Assembly: GCA_050290185.1 (NCBI GenBank)
Contig: JBNKHE010000010.1
Coordinates: 1 to 64,000, forward strand
DNA length: 64,000 bases
Source: Pontiella sp.
GTDB taxonomy: Bacteria > Verrucomicrobiota > Kiritimatiellia > Kiritimatiellales > Pontiellaceae
Direction: 5' to 3'
A program made the position numbers and the translations under genes. The notes beneath the pieces are model-generated. The model saw nothing but the letters and a program-made list of their open reading frames with translations. It ran no database searches and was not told where the DNA came from. Below are positions 46,765 through 57,479 of this stretch, piece by piece (positions within the stretch are counted from its first letter, which is position 1; every line of letters starts with the position of its first letter).

Positions 46765-47762
46765 AAAAGCTTAGAATCCCCATGAACCTGGCCGCAATCC
46801 TCGTCGCGGCCTTCTGCTTATCGCTTCTGGTTCCGACGGCGGCCTCCGCCGCGACCCTCGGCGGCTACCTGTTCGTCACCTTCCATGGGCAGGAAACCCC
46901 CATGGACGAACAGATCTACTTTGCGCTCAGCAAGGACGGCCGCAACTGGAAAGCCCTAAACGACACCGAGCCCGTCCTCGTGAGCCAGCTCGGCGAAAAG
47001 GGCGTGCGCGACCCCTATATCCTGCGTTCGCACGACAACAAAAAGTTCTTCATTGTCGCGACCGACCTCTCCTGGGCCATTAACCGCAGCGTAAGCCGCG
47101 CCATCCGCGCCGGCAGCAAATCCCTTGTGATCTGGGAGTCCCCCGACCTGGTCCACTGGTCCGAACCGCGCCTCGTCAAGGTTGCCCCCGACGACGCGGG
47201 CTGCTCGTGGGCGCCCGAAGCCGTCTACGACGTGGAAAAGGGCGACTATCTTGTCTTCTGGGCCTCCACGACCGGGAGCGACAACTTCGCGAAACACCGC
47301 ATCTGGGCTGCCCGCACCAAGGACTTCAAGACCTTCGGCGAACCCTTCATCTACATCGAAAAGTCCAACACCGTCATCGACACGACCATCATCCACGACG
47401 GTCGCAATTACTACCGCTTCACCAAGGACGAAAGAATCAAGGCTGTCAGCATGGAAACCAGCCCGAAGCTGATGGGACCGTGGAAGGACATACCCGACTT
47501 CTCCCTCAATAACCTCCGCGGCTATGAGGGCCCCACGTGCTACATCGTCAAGCCCGCCCGCAAAGGGAAGCCGGCGACCTGGTGTCTTGCCCTCGACCAT
47601 TATGCCGCCAGGGGAGCGGGCTATGAGCCGTTTGTGACCGACGATCTCGCCTCGGGCCAATTCACCACCGGCGAAGGATTCACCTTCCCGTTCAAATTCC
47701 GCCACGGCTCGGTCATTCCGGTGACGAAAGAAGAATATCGACGCCTGGAAGCCGCCTATTGA
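46761..47762 (+). CDS. GH43-like glycoside hydrolase, secreted
   Basis: YLFVTF, EQIYFA.S.DG, GVRDP, WAPE, VIDTT, YEGP and RHGSV. Confidence 0.85.
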   Translation: MKKLRIPMNLAAILVAAFCLSLLVPTAASAATLGGYLFVTFHGQETPMDEQIYFALSKDGRNWKALNDTEPVLVSQLGEKGVRDPYILRSHDNKKFFIVATDLSWAINRSVSRAIRAGSKSLVIWESPDLVHWSEPRLVKVAPDDAGCSWAPEAVYDVEKGDYLVFWASTTGSDNFAKHRIWAARTKDFKTFGEPFIYIEKSNTVIDTTIIHDGRNYYRFTKDERIKAVSMETSPKLMGPWKDIPDFSLNNLRGYEGPTCYIVKPARKGKPATWCLALDHYAARGAGYEPFVTDDLASGQFTTGEGFTFPFKFRHGSVIPVTKEEYRRLEAAY

Positions 47763-47812
47763 CCCGGCGGAAAGCTAACGATTTAGACTGGATTGAAAAA
47801 GAGGAGCAATGG

Positions 47813-49432
47813 ATGAAAAGCAAGTATAGGTTGGCCGCATCCGCGGCATGGCTCGTTCTGGCAGGCGCAGCAGGGTGCTCGGCCGGCGATATCTCTCCGC
47901 CCGATCCGTGGGGCAATTGGCCGCAGTGGGGCGACCAGGGCAACGGAACCTACCGCAACCCCGTTCTTCCCGGCGACTACGCCGACATCGATTGCATCCG
48001 CGTCGGCTCCGACTACTACGCCATCTCGTCCACCTTCCAGTATTCGCCGGGCATGGTGATCATGCACTCGAAGGATCTGGTCAACTGGACGATCGCCGGC
48101 CACGCGATTAACGATGTGACCGAAATCAGTCCCCGATTCAACTGGGACCGTATGAACGGCTACGCCCGCGGGGTGTGGGCCGGGGCGATCCGTTACCATG
48201 ACGGGAAGTTCTGGGTCTACTTCGGCACGCCGGACGAAGGCTATTTCATGACCACGGCGAAGGATGTGGCAGGGCCGTGGGAGCCGCTCCACCAGATGAC
48301 GAGGGAGAGAGGCTGGGACGATTGCTGTCCGTTCTGGGACGACGATGGCCAGGGCTATTTCGTTGGCACCCATTTCAGCGACAACTGCAAGACCTGGCTC
48401 TACAAGCTCACGCCCGACGGTCGCGACATCATCCCCGAGTCGCGCGTCCTCATCAACGAGGGTGCTCACCGCGAGGCCAACAAGCTCTTCAAGGTCGGCG
48501 ACACCTATTACCATTTCTACAGCGAAGTCGATCGCGGCTACCGCTACATAATGATGCAGCGCGCGAAGAGCATCACCGGCCCCTATACCGAAAAACAACA
48601 GCTTAGCCACATCCAGGCCGAATTCCACGAGCCGAATCAGGGCGGCATCGTGCAGACCGAAAAGGGCGACTGGTATTTCCTGACCCACCACGGCCACGGT
48701 GATTGGGAAGGGCGCCCCGGCAGTCTGCTTCCGGTCAATTGGGTTGACGGATGGCCGGTTCTCGGCAAGGTCGGCGAGGACGGCATCGGAACGATGGTCT
48801 GGGGCGGGGAAAAGCCGATCAAGGGAACGCCCGCCGTCGTACCGCAGTCCAGCGACGACTTCGACGGCCCGGCGCTCGGCCGCCAGTGGGAGTGGAACTT
48901 CCAGCCGCGCATGGACAAGTGGTCGCTCTCCGAGCACCGCGGCTTCCTGCGCCTGCACGCCTTCAAGCCGCTACGCGAGGACCAGCTCAAGACCGCCGGC
49001 AACACGCTTACGCAGCGTTCCATGCGCACCACCAGCAACGTCGCCACCCTCGCGCTGGACATCTCACACATCGCCGACGGCCAGGTCGCAGGCCTCTGCC
49101 ATTACTCGGGCCCCAACTCCACCATTGGCGTGCGTCGCGAGGGGAAAACCATCAAGATTGAGTTTTCAGTGAACGGAACGTTCACCCAAGGTCCGCGCAT
49201 CACCTCCCGCAAGCTCTGGCTCCGTTCCACCTGGGGTCTCGACGGCCTCAGTCGCTACGCCTACAGCACCAACGGAAAAACCTTCACCGAGTTCGGCGAG
49301 CCCTACCAGCTCACCTGGGGTGATTATCGCGGCGACCGGATCGGTATCTTCACCTACAACAACAAGGACGAGGAGGGGTATGTGGACTGCGATTCCTTCA
49401 CCTACCTCTACGACTCGCTGGCAACACGATGA
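47813..49432 (+). CDS. GH43 beta-xylosidase/arabinofuranosidase with C-terminal ConA-like domain
   Basis: NPVLPGDYAD, HSKDLVNW, WAG.IRYH, DDCCPFWDDDG, QGGIV.T..G.W and WEWN; GAGGAG RBS. Confidence 0.88.
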   Translation: MKSKYRLAASAAWLVLAGAAGCSAGDISPPDPWGNWPQWGDQGNGTYRNPVLPGDYADIDCIRVGSDYYAISSTFQYSPGMVIMHSKDLVNWTIAGHAINDVTEISPRFNWDRMNGYARGVWAGAIRYHDGKFWVYFGTPDEGYFMTTAKDVAGPWEPLHQMTRERGWDDCCPFWDDDGQGYFVGTHFSDNCKTWLYKLTPDGRDIIPESRVLINEGAHREANKLFKVGDTYYHFYSEVDRGYRYIMMQRAKSITGPYTEKQQLSHIQAEFHEPNQGGIVQTEKGDWYFLTHHGHGDWEGRPGSLLPVNWVDGWPVLGKVGEDGIGTMVWGGEKPIKGTPAVVPQSSDDFDGPALGRQWEWNFQPRMDKWSLSEHRGFLRLHAFKPLREDQLKTAGNTLTQRSMRTTSNVATLALDISHIADGQVAGLCHYSGPNSTIGVRREGKTIKIEFSVNGTFTQGPRITSRKLWLRSTWGLDGLSRYAYSTNGKTFTEFGEPYQLTWGDYRGDRIGIFTYNNKDEEGYVDCDSFTYLYDSLATR

Positions 49433-49470
49433 GGCTCCGAATCAGCCGCAGCTTTGAACAAAGGAAAATC

Positions 49471-51408
49471 ATGAAAACATTTCAGACCGCTATAAAACTA
49501 ATCGCAACATTCGCCATGGTATCGGGTGCGCCGCTGCGGGCCCAGACGGCCGAGCCGGCTCCCGGCGCCAACGGCGTGATCCTCGGCTCGTGGAACTCGC
49601 AGGTCGAGTTCGACGCCATCCAGGTGGTCTGCGGGAAAAAGACCGTGCTGAAAGATGCCTTTTCTCGGGAAAATTCCGGATGGAACCGGGAGGGCGGCGA
49701 GTGGAAGGTCAAAAACGGCGTGCTGCGTCAAAGTTCCTCGGCCGCTCCGGCTCTCATACGCTACCCCTTCACCTGCGACAACCCCGACTACACCGTCCAG
49801 GTGCGCGCACGAAAAACCGGCGGTGCAGAAGGGTTTCTCATTGGCTTCGGCGCGCAGGATGAAGAAAACTACTACTGGCTGAATCTCGGCGGCTGGGGCA
49901 ATGCCCGGCACCAGTTGCAAAAAACCTGGGTAGGGAGCCGTTTGGAAATCGGACCGGCAGTCAATGGAACCATCGAAACCGACCACTGGTACGAGATCCG
50001 TATCGAGGTCCGGGGCGACCTGATCACCTGCTTCCTCGACGACCAGAAGATCATCGAGACCCGCGACGAGAATGGATTCGAAATGCTGTCGTATGATGAT
50101 CTCGGTTTCGGCCGGCCGCTGATTCCCGATTTTGTTGCCGATCCCAGCATCGTGGACATCAATGGCGTCTTCTATTGTTACGGCACGACGGACGGCTGGG
50201 GCCAGCACCTTTCCACCTCCGGAACGCCCGTGGTCTGGACCTCGCGCGACTTCGTCAACTGGAGCTTCGAAGGCTCGATCTACCCCGACAACTTTGATTC
50301 CAAATACTGGGCGCCCAGTGCCCCGTTCGAACACAACGGCCGCTACTACCTGTTCCCGACGCTGGACGGGCAAATCACCGCCACCGTGTCCGACAGCCTG
50401 ACTGGTCCCTTCAAGACCCTCGATGGCAAGGACATCTATCCCGGCTCGGGCTGGAAGCCGTATCCTATCCATCAAATGTCTTCCATTGACGCGGAAATCT
50501 TCCGCGACGATGACGGTCAAATTTATATGTTCTATTCCCGACGCCGCGTGGTGAAGCTCAAGCCCGACCTGTCCGGCCCCGACGGTCCGGTCATCACGAT
50601 TAACACGGGCGAAGGCAACTATTCCGAAGGCCCCTGTATTTTCAAACGCAAAGGGATCTACTACTACCTCTACACCCTCGGCGGGGGAGAGAGCTATACC
50701 TACGCCTACCTGATGAGCCGCGAGTCGCCGATCGGCCCCTGGACCATACCAGAGAACAAAATCATCTCGCAAACCGATCCTTCGGTCGGCATCTATGGTC
50801 CGGGCCACGGCTGCTTCCTAAACCCGGACGGCACCGACGACTGGTATTTCATCCACCTCGAATTCGGCCGCAGCAGTACCTACCGCCAGACCTTCGCCCA
50901 GAAGATGGAGTTTAACCCGGATGGTACGATCAAATCGATTAAGCTGACCAATCAGGGGATTGGCGCGCTGCGCGAAGGTCCTGCGCGCGGGCCTAATCTA
51001 GCGCTTGAAAGCTCCGCCACGGCCTCCTCCATCCGTCCAGATTCGAAGATCCGTTTCACGCCTCCGGCGCCCGGCCGCACCGAGACCTTCTCTCCCGAGC
51101 TCGCGCTTGACGACTCCAACGGCACCCGCTGGATGGCCGAGCCCGGCGATGCAAACCCCTGGTTCCAGGTGGATCTCGGCGAGCCGCGCAGCATTTCGAG
51201 CACGGAGGCCTATTTCGTGAAGCCGGCTGCCGGCCATGCCTACAAGCTCGAATGGTCACTCGACGGCAAATCCTGGAAACCGTATGGCGGTCACGACGAT
51301 GTGATCCTTCGTTCGCCGCATCGGGATGAAAAGAAGGTCCGTGCACGCTATCTGAAGCTGACCATCCTGAAAGGCGAACCGGGCCTCTGGGAGTTCCGGG
51401 TATATTGA
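49471..51408 (+). CDS. GH43 enzyme with N-terminal lectin-like (DUF1080-like) and C-terminal F5/8-type C domains
   Basis: ADPSI...G.FY.YGTTDG, WAPS, IDAEIF.DDDG, SEGP and GPGH; discoidin-like tail. Confidence 0.85.
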   Translation: MKTFQTAIKLIATFAMVSGAPLRAQTAEPAPGANGVILGSWNSQVEFDAIQVVCGKKTVLKDAFSRENSGWNREGGEWKVKNGVLRQSSSAAPALIRYPFTCDNPDYTVQVRARKTGGAEGFLIGFGAQDEENYYWLNLGGWGNARHQLQKTWVGSRLEIGPAVNGTIETDHWYEIRIEVRGDLITCFLDDQKIIETRDENGFEMLSYDDLGFGRPLIPDFVADPSIVDINGVFYCYGTTDGWGQHLSTSGTPVVWTSRDFVNWSFEGSIYPDNFDSKYWAPSAPFEHNGRYYLFPTLDGQITATVSDSLTGPFKTLDGKDIYPGSGWKPYPIHQMSSIDAEIFRDDDGQIYMFYSRRRVVKLKPDLSGPDGPVITINTGEGNYSEGPCIFKRKGIYYYLYTLGGGESYTYAYLMSRESPIGPWTIPENKIISQTDPSVGIYGPGHGCFLNPDGTDDWYFIHLEFGRSSTYRQTFAQKMEFNPDGTIKSIKLTNQGIGALREGPARGPNLALESSATASSIRPDSKIRFTPPAPGRTETFSPELALDDSNGTRWMAEPGDANPWFQVDLGEPRSISSTEAYFVKPAAGHAYKLEWSLDGKSWKPYGGHDDVILRSPHRDEKKVRARYLKLTILKGEPGLWEFRVY

Positions 51409-51497
51409 CGAAGAGCAATCTGGAGCCAAGTCTTCAGGCTATTGCAACGTGACGAAAATCCGATTTTACAGAAGATGATAAAAAGAGGTTCGAATTC

Positions 51498-52505
51498 ATG
51501 AAGAAAAACCATGTTTGGTTGTTGGGTAGGCATTGTCTGGTGGCGGTATTCTTTTTCACACTGACATTCAGTGGCTATGGAAAGAATGGTGCCGACATTG
51601 CCGGAACCGCATATCTCTTTTCATCTTTCCGGGGGAACGGCGAGGATGGATTGCATCTGGCCTACAGTCATGACGGCCTGAAATGGACGGCGCTCAAGGG
51701 CGATACTTCGTTTCTGAAACCGCAGGTCGGGGGAAGGCTCATGCGCGATCCGTGCGTCGTTCGGGGACCGGATGGTACCTTCCATATGGTCTGGACGGAC
51801 AGTTGGACCGGCACGACGATCGGCTATGCCTCGACCCGGGATTTCATCCATTGGTCGGAGCAGAAGTCGATTCCGGTCATGGCGCAGGAGCCGACGTCAA
51901 AGAACTGCTGGGCGCCCGAAATCGTTTATGACCGCAAGCGCGATCGGTTCATGATCTTCTGGGCCACAACGATTCCTGAAAAATTCACCGAAACCTGGTT
52001 CGATGGAAAGAACGACAACAACCACCGTATCTACGCCACCACCACGAAGGACTTTGAATCGTTTACGCCCACAAAACTGTTTTTCGAGCCCGGCTTCAAC
52101 GTCATTGATTCCACGCTGCTTGTTCTGAAGGGCAAGGTATTTATGTTTTTCAAGGACGAGACCCGCTACCAGGATGCGAAGAAAAACCTTCGTCTTGCGG
52201 TGGCGAACGATATTGCGGGCCCCTACAAGGTGGCGTCCAAACCTGTCACGTCACCGGGCGAGTGGGTCGAAGGGCCGACTGCGATCCGGATCGGCGACTA
52301 TGTCTATGTCTATTATGATTCGTACAAGAACAAGCATTATGGTGCGCTCCGCTCGCGCGACATGCGGAACTGGGAGGATGTGACCGGGCAACTGATCATG
52401 CCCAAGGGCATCCGGCACGGGACGGCATTTGCAGTTTCCAACGATATTTTGGATGCATTGCTGGCGGGGGATACCTCCGATGTAAACGGCCACGTAGATG
52501 ACTAG
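51498..52505 (+). CDS. GH43-like glycoside hydrolase
   Basis: GEDGLHLAYS.DG, MRDP..GPDG.FHMVWT, WAPE, VIDS, EGP and RHGT. Confidence 0.85.
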   Translation: MKKNHVWLLGRHCLVAVFFFTLTFSGYGKNGADIAGTAYLFSSFRGNGEDGLHLAYSHDGLKWTALKGDTSFLKPQVGGRLMRDPCVVRGPDGTFHMVWTDSWTGTTIGYASTRDFIHWSEQKSIPVMAQEPTSKNCWAPEIVYDRKRDRFMIFWATTIPEKFTETWFDGKNDNNHRIYATTTKDFESFTPTKLFFEPGFNVIDSTLLVLKGKVFMFFKDETRYQDAKKNLRLAVANDIAGPYKVASKPVTSPGEWVEGPTAIRIGDYVYVYYDSYKNKHYGALRSRDMRNWEDVTGQLIMPKGIRHGTAFAVSNDILDALLAGDTSDVNGHVDD

Positions 52506-52602
52506 GAGTCAGGCGCATTCAGGTGAATCGGAAAGGGCCGGGTCTCTGCGGCTAACCATCCGAAGGGGAACTGTGAATATGTATAAAGGAGGGGCAATAC
52601 CG

Positions 52603-53559
52603 ATGAAAGCAGCCCGGTTTATTTTGTTGTGCGGATTTATCGGATCCGCCGTTGCGGCCCACGCGACCAACCCGATCTTTACCGATATGTTCACCGCAGA
52701 CCCGGCCGCGACGGTCGTCGGGAATACGGTTTATGTCTACGTGGGGCATGATGACGCGAGTCCCGGGCAAATGTTCAATATGCCGGAGTGGCTTTGCTAC
52801 TCGACGAGGGATATGAAGACGTGGACCGCGCACGGCCCTATCATGCGGCCCGAAGACTTCAAGTTTGCCCGCGCAGGAGTGGCATGGGCCGGGCAAATGG
52901 TGGAAAAGAACGGGAAATACTACTTCTACGCCACGCTCCGTCGTAACAATAACAACGAACACTGCATTGGTGTGGCCGTAAGCGACAAGCCGACCGGCCC
53001 GTTCAAGGATGCCCGTGGAACACCCCTCATCACCGACGGCATGACCACCGATTCTCGTCGCCCAAATGCCGACATCGATCCGACGGTCTTCATCGATGAC
53101 GACGGCACTCCGTGGATCATGTGGGGCAACGGCGACTTCTATTTGGCGAAACTGAAGCGCAATATGATCGAGCTGGACGGCCCCGTCCAAAAGATGCCGC
53201 ACGAGAACGTTGCGGAAGGCCCGTGGCTCTTCAAGCGCAACGGCATATACTATAATGTCTACGCTGCCGACGTACCGGGCACGAAGCCGGAGCAGATCGC
53301 CTATTCAACGGCCCCTGCGGTCACCGGCCCCTGGACGTATCGCGGGCTGGTCACCGGTCCCGCGAAGCGTGGTTTTACGATTCATCCAGCCGTCATTGAG
53401 TTTAAAGGCCAGTGGTACTTTTTCTACCATGATGGTTCAACGTCCTTGAACGGCACACCAGGCGCCGATGGACGCCGGTCTGTCTGCCTCGAATATCTTG
53501 AATTCAACAAGGACGACTCCATCAAGCCTATTGTTCAGACCCGTGAAGGCGTTAAGTAG
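52603..53559 (+). CDS. GH43 glycoside hydrolase (xylosidase/arabinofuranosidase-like)
   Basis: NPI....TADPA, WAGQ, IGVAVS..P.GPF.D, IDPTVFIDDDG, EGPW and RSVC; AAGGAGG RBS. Confidence 0.88.
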   Translation: MKAARFILLCGFIGSAVAAHATNPIFTDMFTADPAATVVGNTVYVYVGHDDASPGQMFNMPEWLCYSTRDMKTWTAHGPIMRPEDFKFARAGVAWAGQMVEKNGKYYFYATLRRNNNNEHCIGVAVSDKPTGPFKDARGTPLITDGMTTDSRRPNADIDPTVFIDDDGTPWIMWGNGDFYLAKLKRNMIELDGPVQKMPHENVAEGPWLFKRNGIYYNVYAADVPGTKPEQIAYSTAPAVTGPWTYRGLVTGPAKRGFTIHPAVIEFKGQWYFFYHDGSTSLNGTPGADGRRSVCLEYLEFNKDDSIKPIVQTREGVK

Positions 53560-53594
53560 TCTCCCGGAACGGTATGAAAAACAAGGAATTTTAA

Positions 53595-53876
53595 ATGAAT
53601 GGATTAACAAAAGCAGGTCTGCTGATCACCATGTTCTGCGGGTTGATCGCAACGGCGGATTCGGAGACCGTAACGATCGATCTGAACAAAAGCAAAGAGA
53701 TCAGCCCGCTCCTGATGGACGTTTTCTTCGAAGACCTGAATTATGCCGGCGATGGCGGGCACGACGAAGTGATCCTTCGCACGCCGCATCGGGATGAAAA
53801 AACGGTCCGTGCACGCTATCTGAAGTTGACGGTTTTGACAGGCGAGCCGGGGCTCTGGGAATTCCGGGGTTACTAA
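53595..53876 (+). pseudogene. Internally deleted CAZyme remnant: GH51-type N-terminus joined to an F5/8-domain tail
   Basis: Signal peptide plus TIDL.....ISP.L...FFEDLNYAGDGG resembles the start of the 60095 protein. It is joined directly to HDEVILRTPHRDEKTVRARYLKL..GEPGLWEFR.Y, nearly identical to the end of the 49471 protein. Confidence 0.75.
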
Positions 53877-53935
53877 TGGAGGATCCCTGCGGAAGCCATT
53901 CAATGCAGGGGCATAATTTTAGAAGGAGAAGTTTG

Positions 53936-56044
53936 ATGTATACGACGACCCGAAGCGGGAAGGGAGTTCTGGTTGCTGCGGCTTTGCTGGCGTGGTTCGC
54001 TCCCGTGTGCCCGACCCAGGCTCAGCACCGGGATGTGAAACGTCCGGACGAATGGAAAAACCTGGCGTTGGGTGCACGCTTCATGGACCGCATTGCGCCG
54101 ATGCCCTACATTGGAAAACCCGTGGATGACACGTGGGGGAATCCGGAAGTGCGGCCGCGCGACATTCTCAACGGTATCGAGGATCCGGCATGGTCCTACT
54201 GGGGCGGAAACATCCTGCTTGGCCCCGACGGGCTCTACCACCAGTTTGTGTGCCGGTGGGCCGAAGACAATCCGCAAGGGCATTGGGCGTGGCGGGGATC
54301 GGAGCTGGTCCATGCGGTTTCGGAGAATAGACTGGGGCCGTTCAAGGCCGGACCGGTTATCGGCCCGGGACACAACCCGGAAGCCTATGTCGCCAAGGAC
54401 GGTCGCTATGTCTGCTATGTGATCGGCGCCTACTACATCGCCGACCGTCTGGAAGGGCCGTGGGAAAGACGGGAATTTGAATTTGACGCACGGGATCGCC
54501 GCATTGTGGAAGGACTGTCGAACCTCAGCTTCACCCAGCGCGAGGATGGATCTTACCTGATGGCCTGCCGCGGCGGCGGGATCTGGTGCAGCAAGGATGG
54601 CCTAGGCCCCTGGGAACAGGTTACTCAGGGCAGCAACTATCCCAAGGTGCGGGGGCGTTTCGAAGATCCCGTGATCTGGCGCGGCCCGGTGCAGTACCAC
54701 ATGATCGTGAACGACTGGATGGGCCGCATCGCCTACCATCTGCGCTCCAAAAACGGCGTGCAATGGAAGGTCGATTCCGGCGAGGCCTACATGCCGGGCG
54801 TGTCTGTCTATGAAGATGGAAAGAAGGAGTTGTGGTACAAATACGAGCGACCCAAGGTATTCTTGGACGAGTACCGGCGTGCCGTTCAGATCAACTTCGC
54901 GGTCATCGACTCGCCGAAGGGCGATGACAAACCAAGCGACAACCACAACTCAAAGAACATCGGCATTCCGCTCGTCAAGCCCCGGCTGCTTACGTTGCTG
55001 ACGCCCGAAATCACGTCCGTGACCAAGGAGATCCGTGTGCGCGTCGCCGCCGAAAAGGATTTCAACCCCCGAACCGATATGGACTTGGAATCGCTGCGGT
55101 TCGGTGCGCCTGAGGAAGTGGATTACGGGCGGGGCTGCCGTCTGTTGAAAACGGAGCCGGCCGGCGACGGCCTGGTCCTGGTCTTTGTGACGGAAGGGAA
55201 TGGCTTCGATGCGGACAATTTTTCCGGCAAGTTGCTGGGACGCACCGCCAAGGGCGGTCTCCTGTTCGGCTATTCCCGGTTGCCGTGGGTTGAATATGAA
55301 CTGCCCATCCTATCCACCCGCAAGGCCGCGATCACCCGGAAGGACAACAAGCACCTGAAGGCTGCGGTGGAGGTGAGCAATTTTGGTCCGGTGGCCTCCG
55401 ATGCCGCCCGGCTGGATATCGATGTGCTGGATTCGGAGGATCAGCTGGTCTTTAAGGCGAGCGCACCCTGTCCCGCCTTGCAGCCGTATGAAAAAACAAC
55501 GGTTACGATCGCCCTGGATGCAGCCAAACTCAAGCTTTTGGAAAGCTACACCCTGCGCAGTTCGGTCGCCTACCGGCACGAAGAGCCGCTGGTCTATGAG
55601 GAGCAACGCGTACTGCTCGACAAGCCGTCCGTGCGGGGCGACGCAACCTTCGAGCTGGCCAGCGGGCAGCATCCCGGCGACAAGGAAGGGGTGGACAAGC
55701 TGACGGACGGCGATGTCGGCACGAAACTCTGCGTCGAGACGGACGGCGATCCCGTTGAATTGACGATCAAGCTTGAAAAGCCGGCCGCGGCGACGTGCGT
55801 TTCTCTGGAGACGGCCCGCGATACCCCCAACCGCGATCCGCGCCAGTGGTCGGTCGAAGGAAGCCGGGATGGACATGCCTGGCGGAAATTGGGGGACTTT
55901 ACGTTCGAGAAGCCGATCAACAAGCGATGCTGGCGAGTGTCCGTCAAATTCAGGAACACGGTGCGATACCGGTATTATCGGCTGGTGTTCCAAGATACCC
56001 AGGGCGATTCACTGTTCCAGCTGGCCGAGCTGGACCTGCATTGA
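53936..56044 (+). CDS. Five-bladed-propeller glycoside hydrolase (GH43/GH117 clan-like) with CARDB-like and F5/8-type domains
   Basis: WGG....DG.YH.F..RW, HNP, FEDP.IW and YERP; C-terminal RDP..W.VEGS.DG..W...YRYYRL. AAGGAG RBS. Confidence 0.7.
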   Translation: MYTTTRSGKGVLVAAALLAWFAPVCPTQAQHRDVKRPDEWKNLALGARFMDRIAPMPYIGKPVDDTWGNPEVRPRDILNGIEDPAWSYWGGNILLGPDGLYHQFVCRWAEDNPQGHWAWRGSELVHAVSENRLGPFKAGPVIGPGHNPEAYVAKDGRYVCYVIGAYYIADRLEGPWERREFEFDARDRRIVEGLSNLSFTQREDGSYLMACRGGGIWCSKDGLGPWEQVTQGSNYPKVRGRFEDPVIWRGPVQYHMIVNDWMGRIAYHLRSKNGVQWKVDSGEAYMPGVSVYEDGKKELWYKYERPKVFLDEYRRAVQINFAVIDSPKGDDKPSDNHNSKNIGIPLVKPRLLTLLTPEITSVTKEIRVRVAAEKDFNPRTDMDLESLRFGAPEEVDYGRGCRLLKTEPAGDGLVLVFVTEGNGFDADNFSGKLLGRTAKGGLLFGYSRLPWVEYELPILSTRKAAITRKDNKHLKAAVEVSNFGPVASDAARLDIDVLDSEDQLVFKASAPCPALQPYEKTTVTIALDAAKLKLLESYTLRSSVAYRHEEPLVYEEQRVLLDKPSVRGDATFELASGQHPGDKEGVDKLTDGDVGTKLCVETDGDPVELTIKLEKPAAATCVSLETARDTPNRDPRQWSVEGSRDGHAWRKLGDFTFEKPINKRCWRVSVKFRNTVRYRYYRLVFQDTQGDSLFQLAELDLH

Positions 56045-56136
56045 GCCCTTTACGGAGAGATAGAGCGCGTGAATGCGCTTCCGCCCTGAACGGGCAATGA
56101 ATGGCAGTAGGTTGTATGGGGCAGGTTGCATAGCGG

Positions 56137-57375
56137 ATGCAATCAACCAAAAAAATGGAGACGAATACCGATATGGAAAAGAAAACGAAAAAACGGTTTT
56201 TCCTTAATCACAGGAAATCAAGCGCACTGGTGGTCAGCATCGCGATCCATGCCGTGTTTATTGCAGTGGCGCTGGTCTGCGTGGCGGTATCGGTGGTTCA
56301 ACGGAATGAAGTGGAGTTTGTGCCCGAGCCGGTAAACCGCCCGAAGTTGAGGCTTCGTACGCTACAGGTTCCGGCCAACATGAAGAAGCCCCAGCGGGCG
56401 CCAAAGCTTCGACAAAATCTTGTCGCCAAACCCAGGACGCCGACCATGGATATCAAGATGCCGGAGATTGTCGGCGTCAAGGGCGGTCTGGGCGGCGGTT
56501 CCGGCACCGGTGGTGGCAGTCTGGGTTTTGGATTCGAAATGCCGAGTCTGTGGGGCGGCGACCAGCCGGGCAATGGAAACGAGTTTGTCGGGACGTTCTT
56601 CGATCTCAAGCAGTTCAAGGATGGTAGTCCGTCGGAGATTGGAGCCTTGCTGCAGGAAGAAAAAAGGGGGGACGCGACCGGTATCTGTAACGAAATAATC
56701 GGCCGTTTCATCCGGACCGGCTTCAATCCGAAGCGGTTCAGTGACTATTTCAAGGCTCCCAAGTTGAAATATGCAACGGCCTTTTCGATGCCCTATATGC
56801 CGGCCGACGAGGCGCCTAAGGCCTACGATGTCGCGCAGCAGGTTCAACCCGGCTACTGGGTTTGCCAGTATAAGGGACGGATAGCAGCGCCGGAAGACGG
56901 TAAATACCGTTTCTGGGGGTTGGGGGACGACGTGCTGGCCGTCAGGATCGGAACCCAGCTCGTCATCGATGCCTGCTGGGCTGCCCACGAAGGCGGGATG
57001 AGCGATTGGCACAGTCGCGATCCGGACAACCGCAAGTTTTCGAGCGACACGGGTTATAGGGGGGCGGACGCCGCGTACATGAACGCCGACTCCAGGCTGG
57101 TGATCGGCGACTGGTTCGATCTCAAGAAAGGCAAGCCCGTCGATATCGACATCCTGATCGGCGAAATACCCGGGGGATGGTTTTCCTGCCGCCTGCTCAT
57201 TGAACAGAGGGGCAAGGAGTACCCCATGGTGGAATCGGACGCGGGGCTGCGTCCGGTGCTGCCTATCTTCAAGACGGCTCCGATCGACGAAAAGCTTTTG
57301 TCCCAGATGAAAATCAATCCCGACATCGCAACGGCCGAAGGCCCCGTCTTCGGGGTACTGACGAATACCAGATAG
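56137..57375 (+). CDS. Membrane-anchored protein with PA14-like domain
   Basis: N-terminal TM SSALVVSIAIHAVFI, Pro/Lys-rich linker and Gly-rich stretch; GTFFDLKQ, Y.G.I.AP.DG.YRFWG.GDD.L.V and IDILIGE.PGG.F. Confidence 0.65.
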   Translation: MQSTKKMETNTDMEKKTKKRFFLNHRKSSALVVSIAIHAVFIAVALVCVAVSVVQRNEVEFVPEPVNRPKLRLRTLQVPANMKKPQRAPKLRQNLVAKPRTPTMDIKMPEIVGVKGGLGGGSGTGGGSLGFGFEMPSLWGGDQPGNGNEFVGTFFDLKQFKDGSPSEIGALLQEEKRGDATGICNEIIGRFIRTGFNPKRFSDYFKAPKLKYATAFSMPYMPADEAPKAYDVAQQVQPGYWVCQYKGRIAAPEDGKYRFWGLGDDVLAVRIGTQLVIDACWAAHEGGMSDWHSRDPDNRKFSSDTGYRGADAAYMNADSRLVIGDWFDLKKGKPVDIDILIGEIPGGWFSCRLLIEQRGKEYPMVESDAGLRPVLPIFKTAPIDEKLLSQMKINPDIATAEGPVFGVLTNTR

Positions 57376-57479
57376 TTCCAGAATGTCAGGGAAGTCGAAT
57401 ACTGCGGGAGTGGAATTGCCGTACATTTATAATAAACACGCCAGTCTCGGATGCTGTTCCGGCTGAGAAAAAGGAAAAC

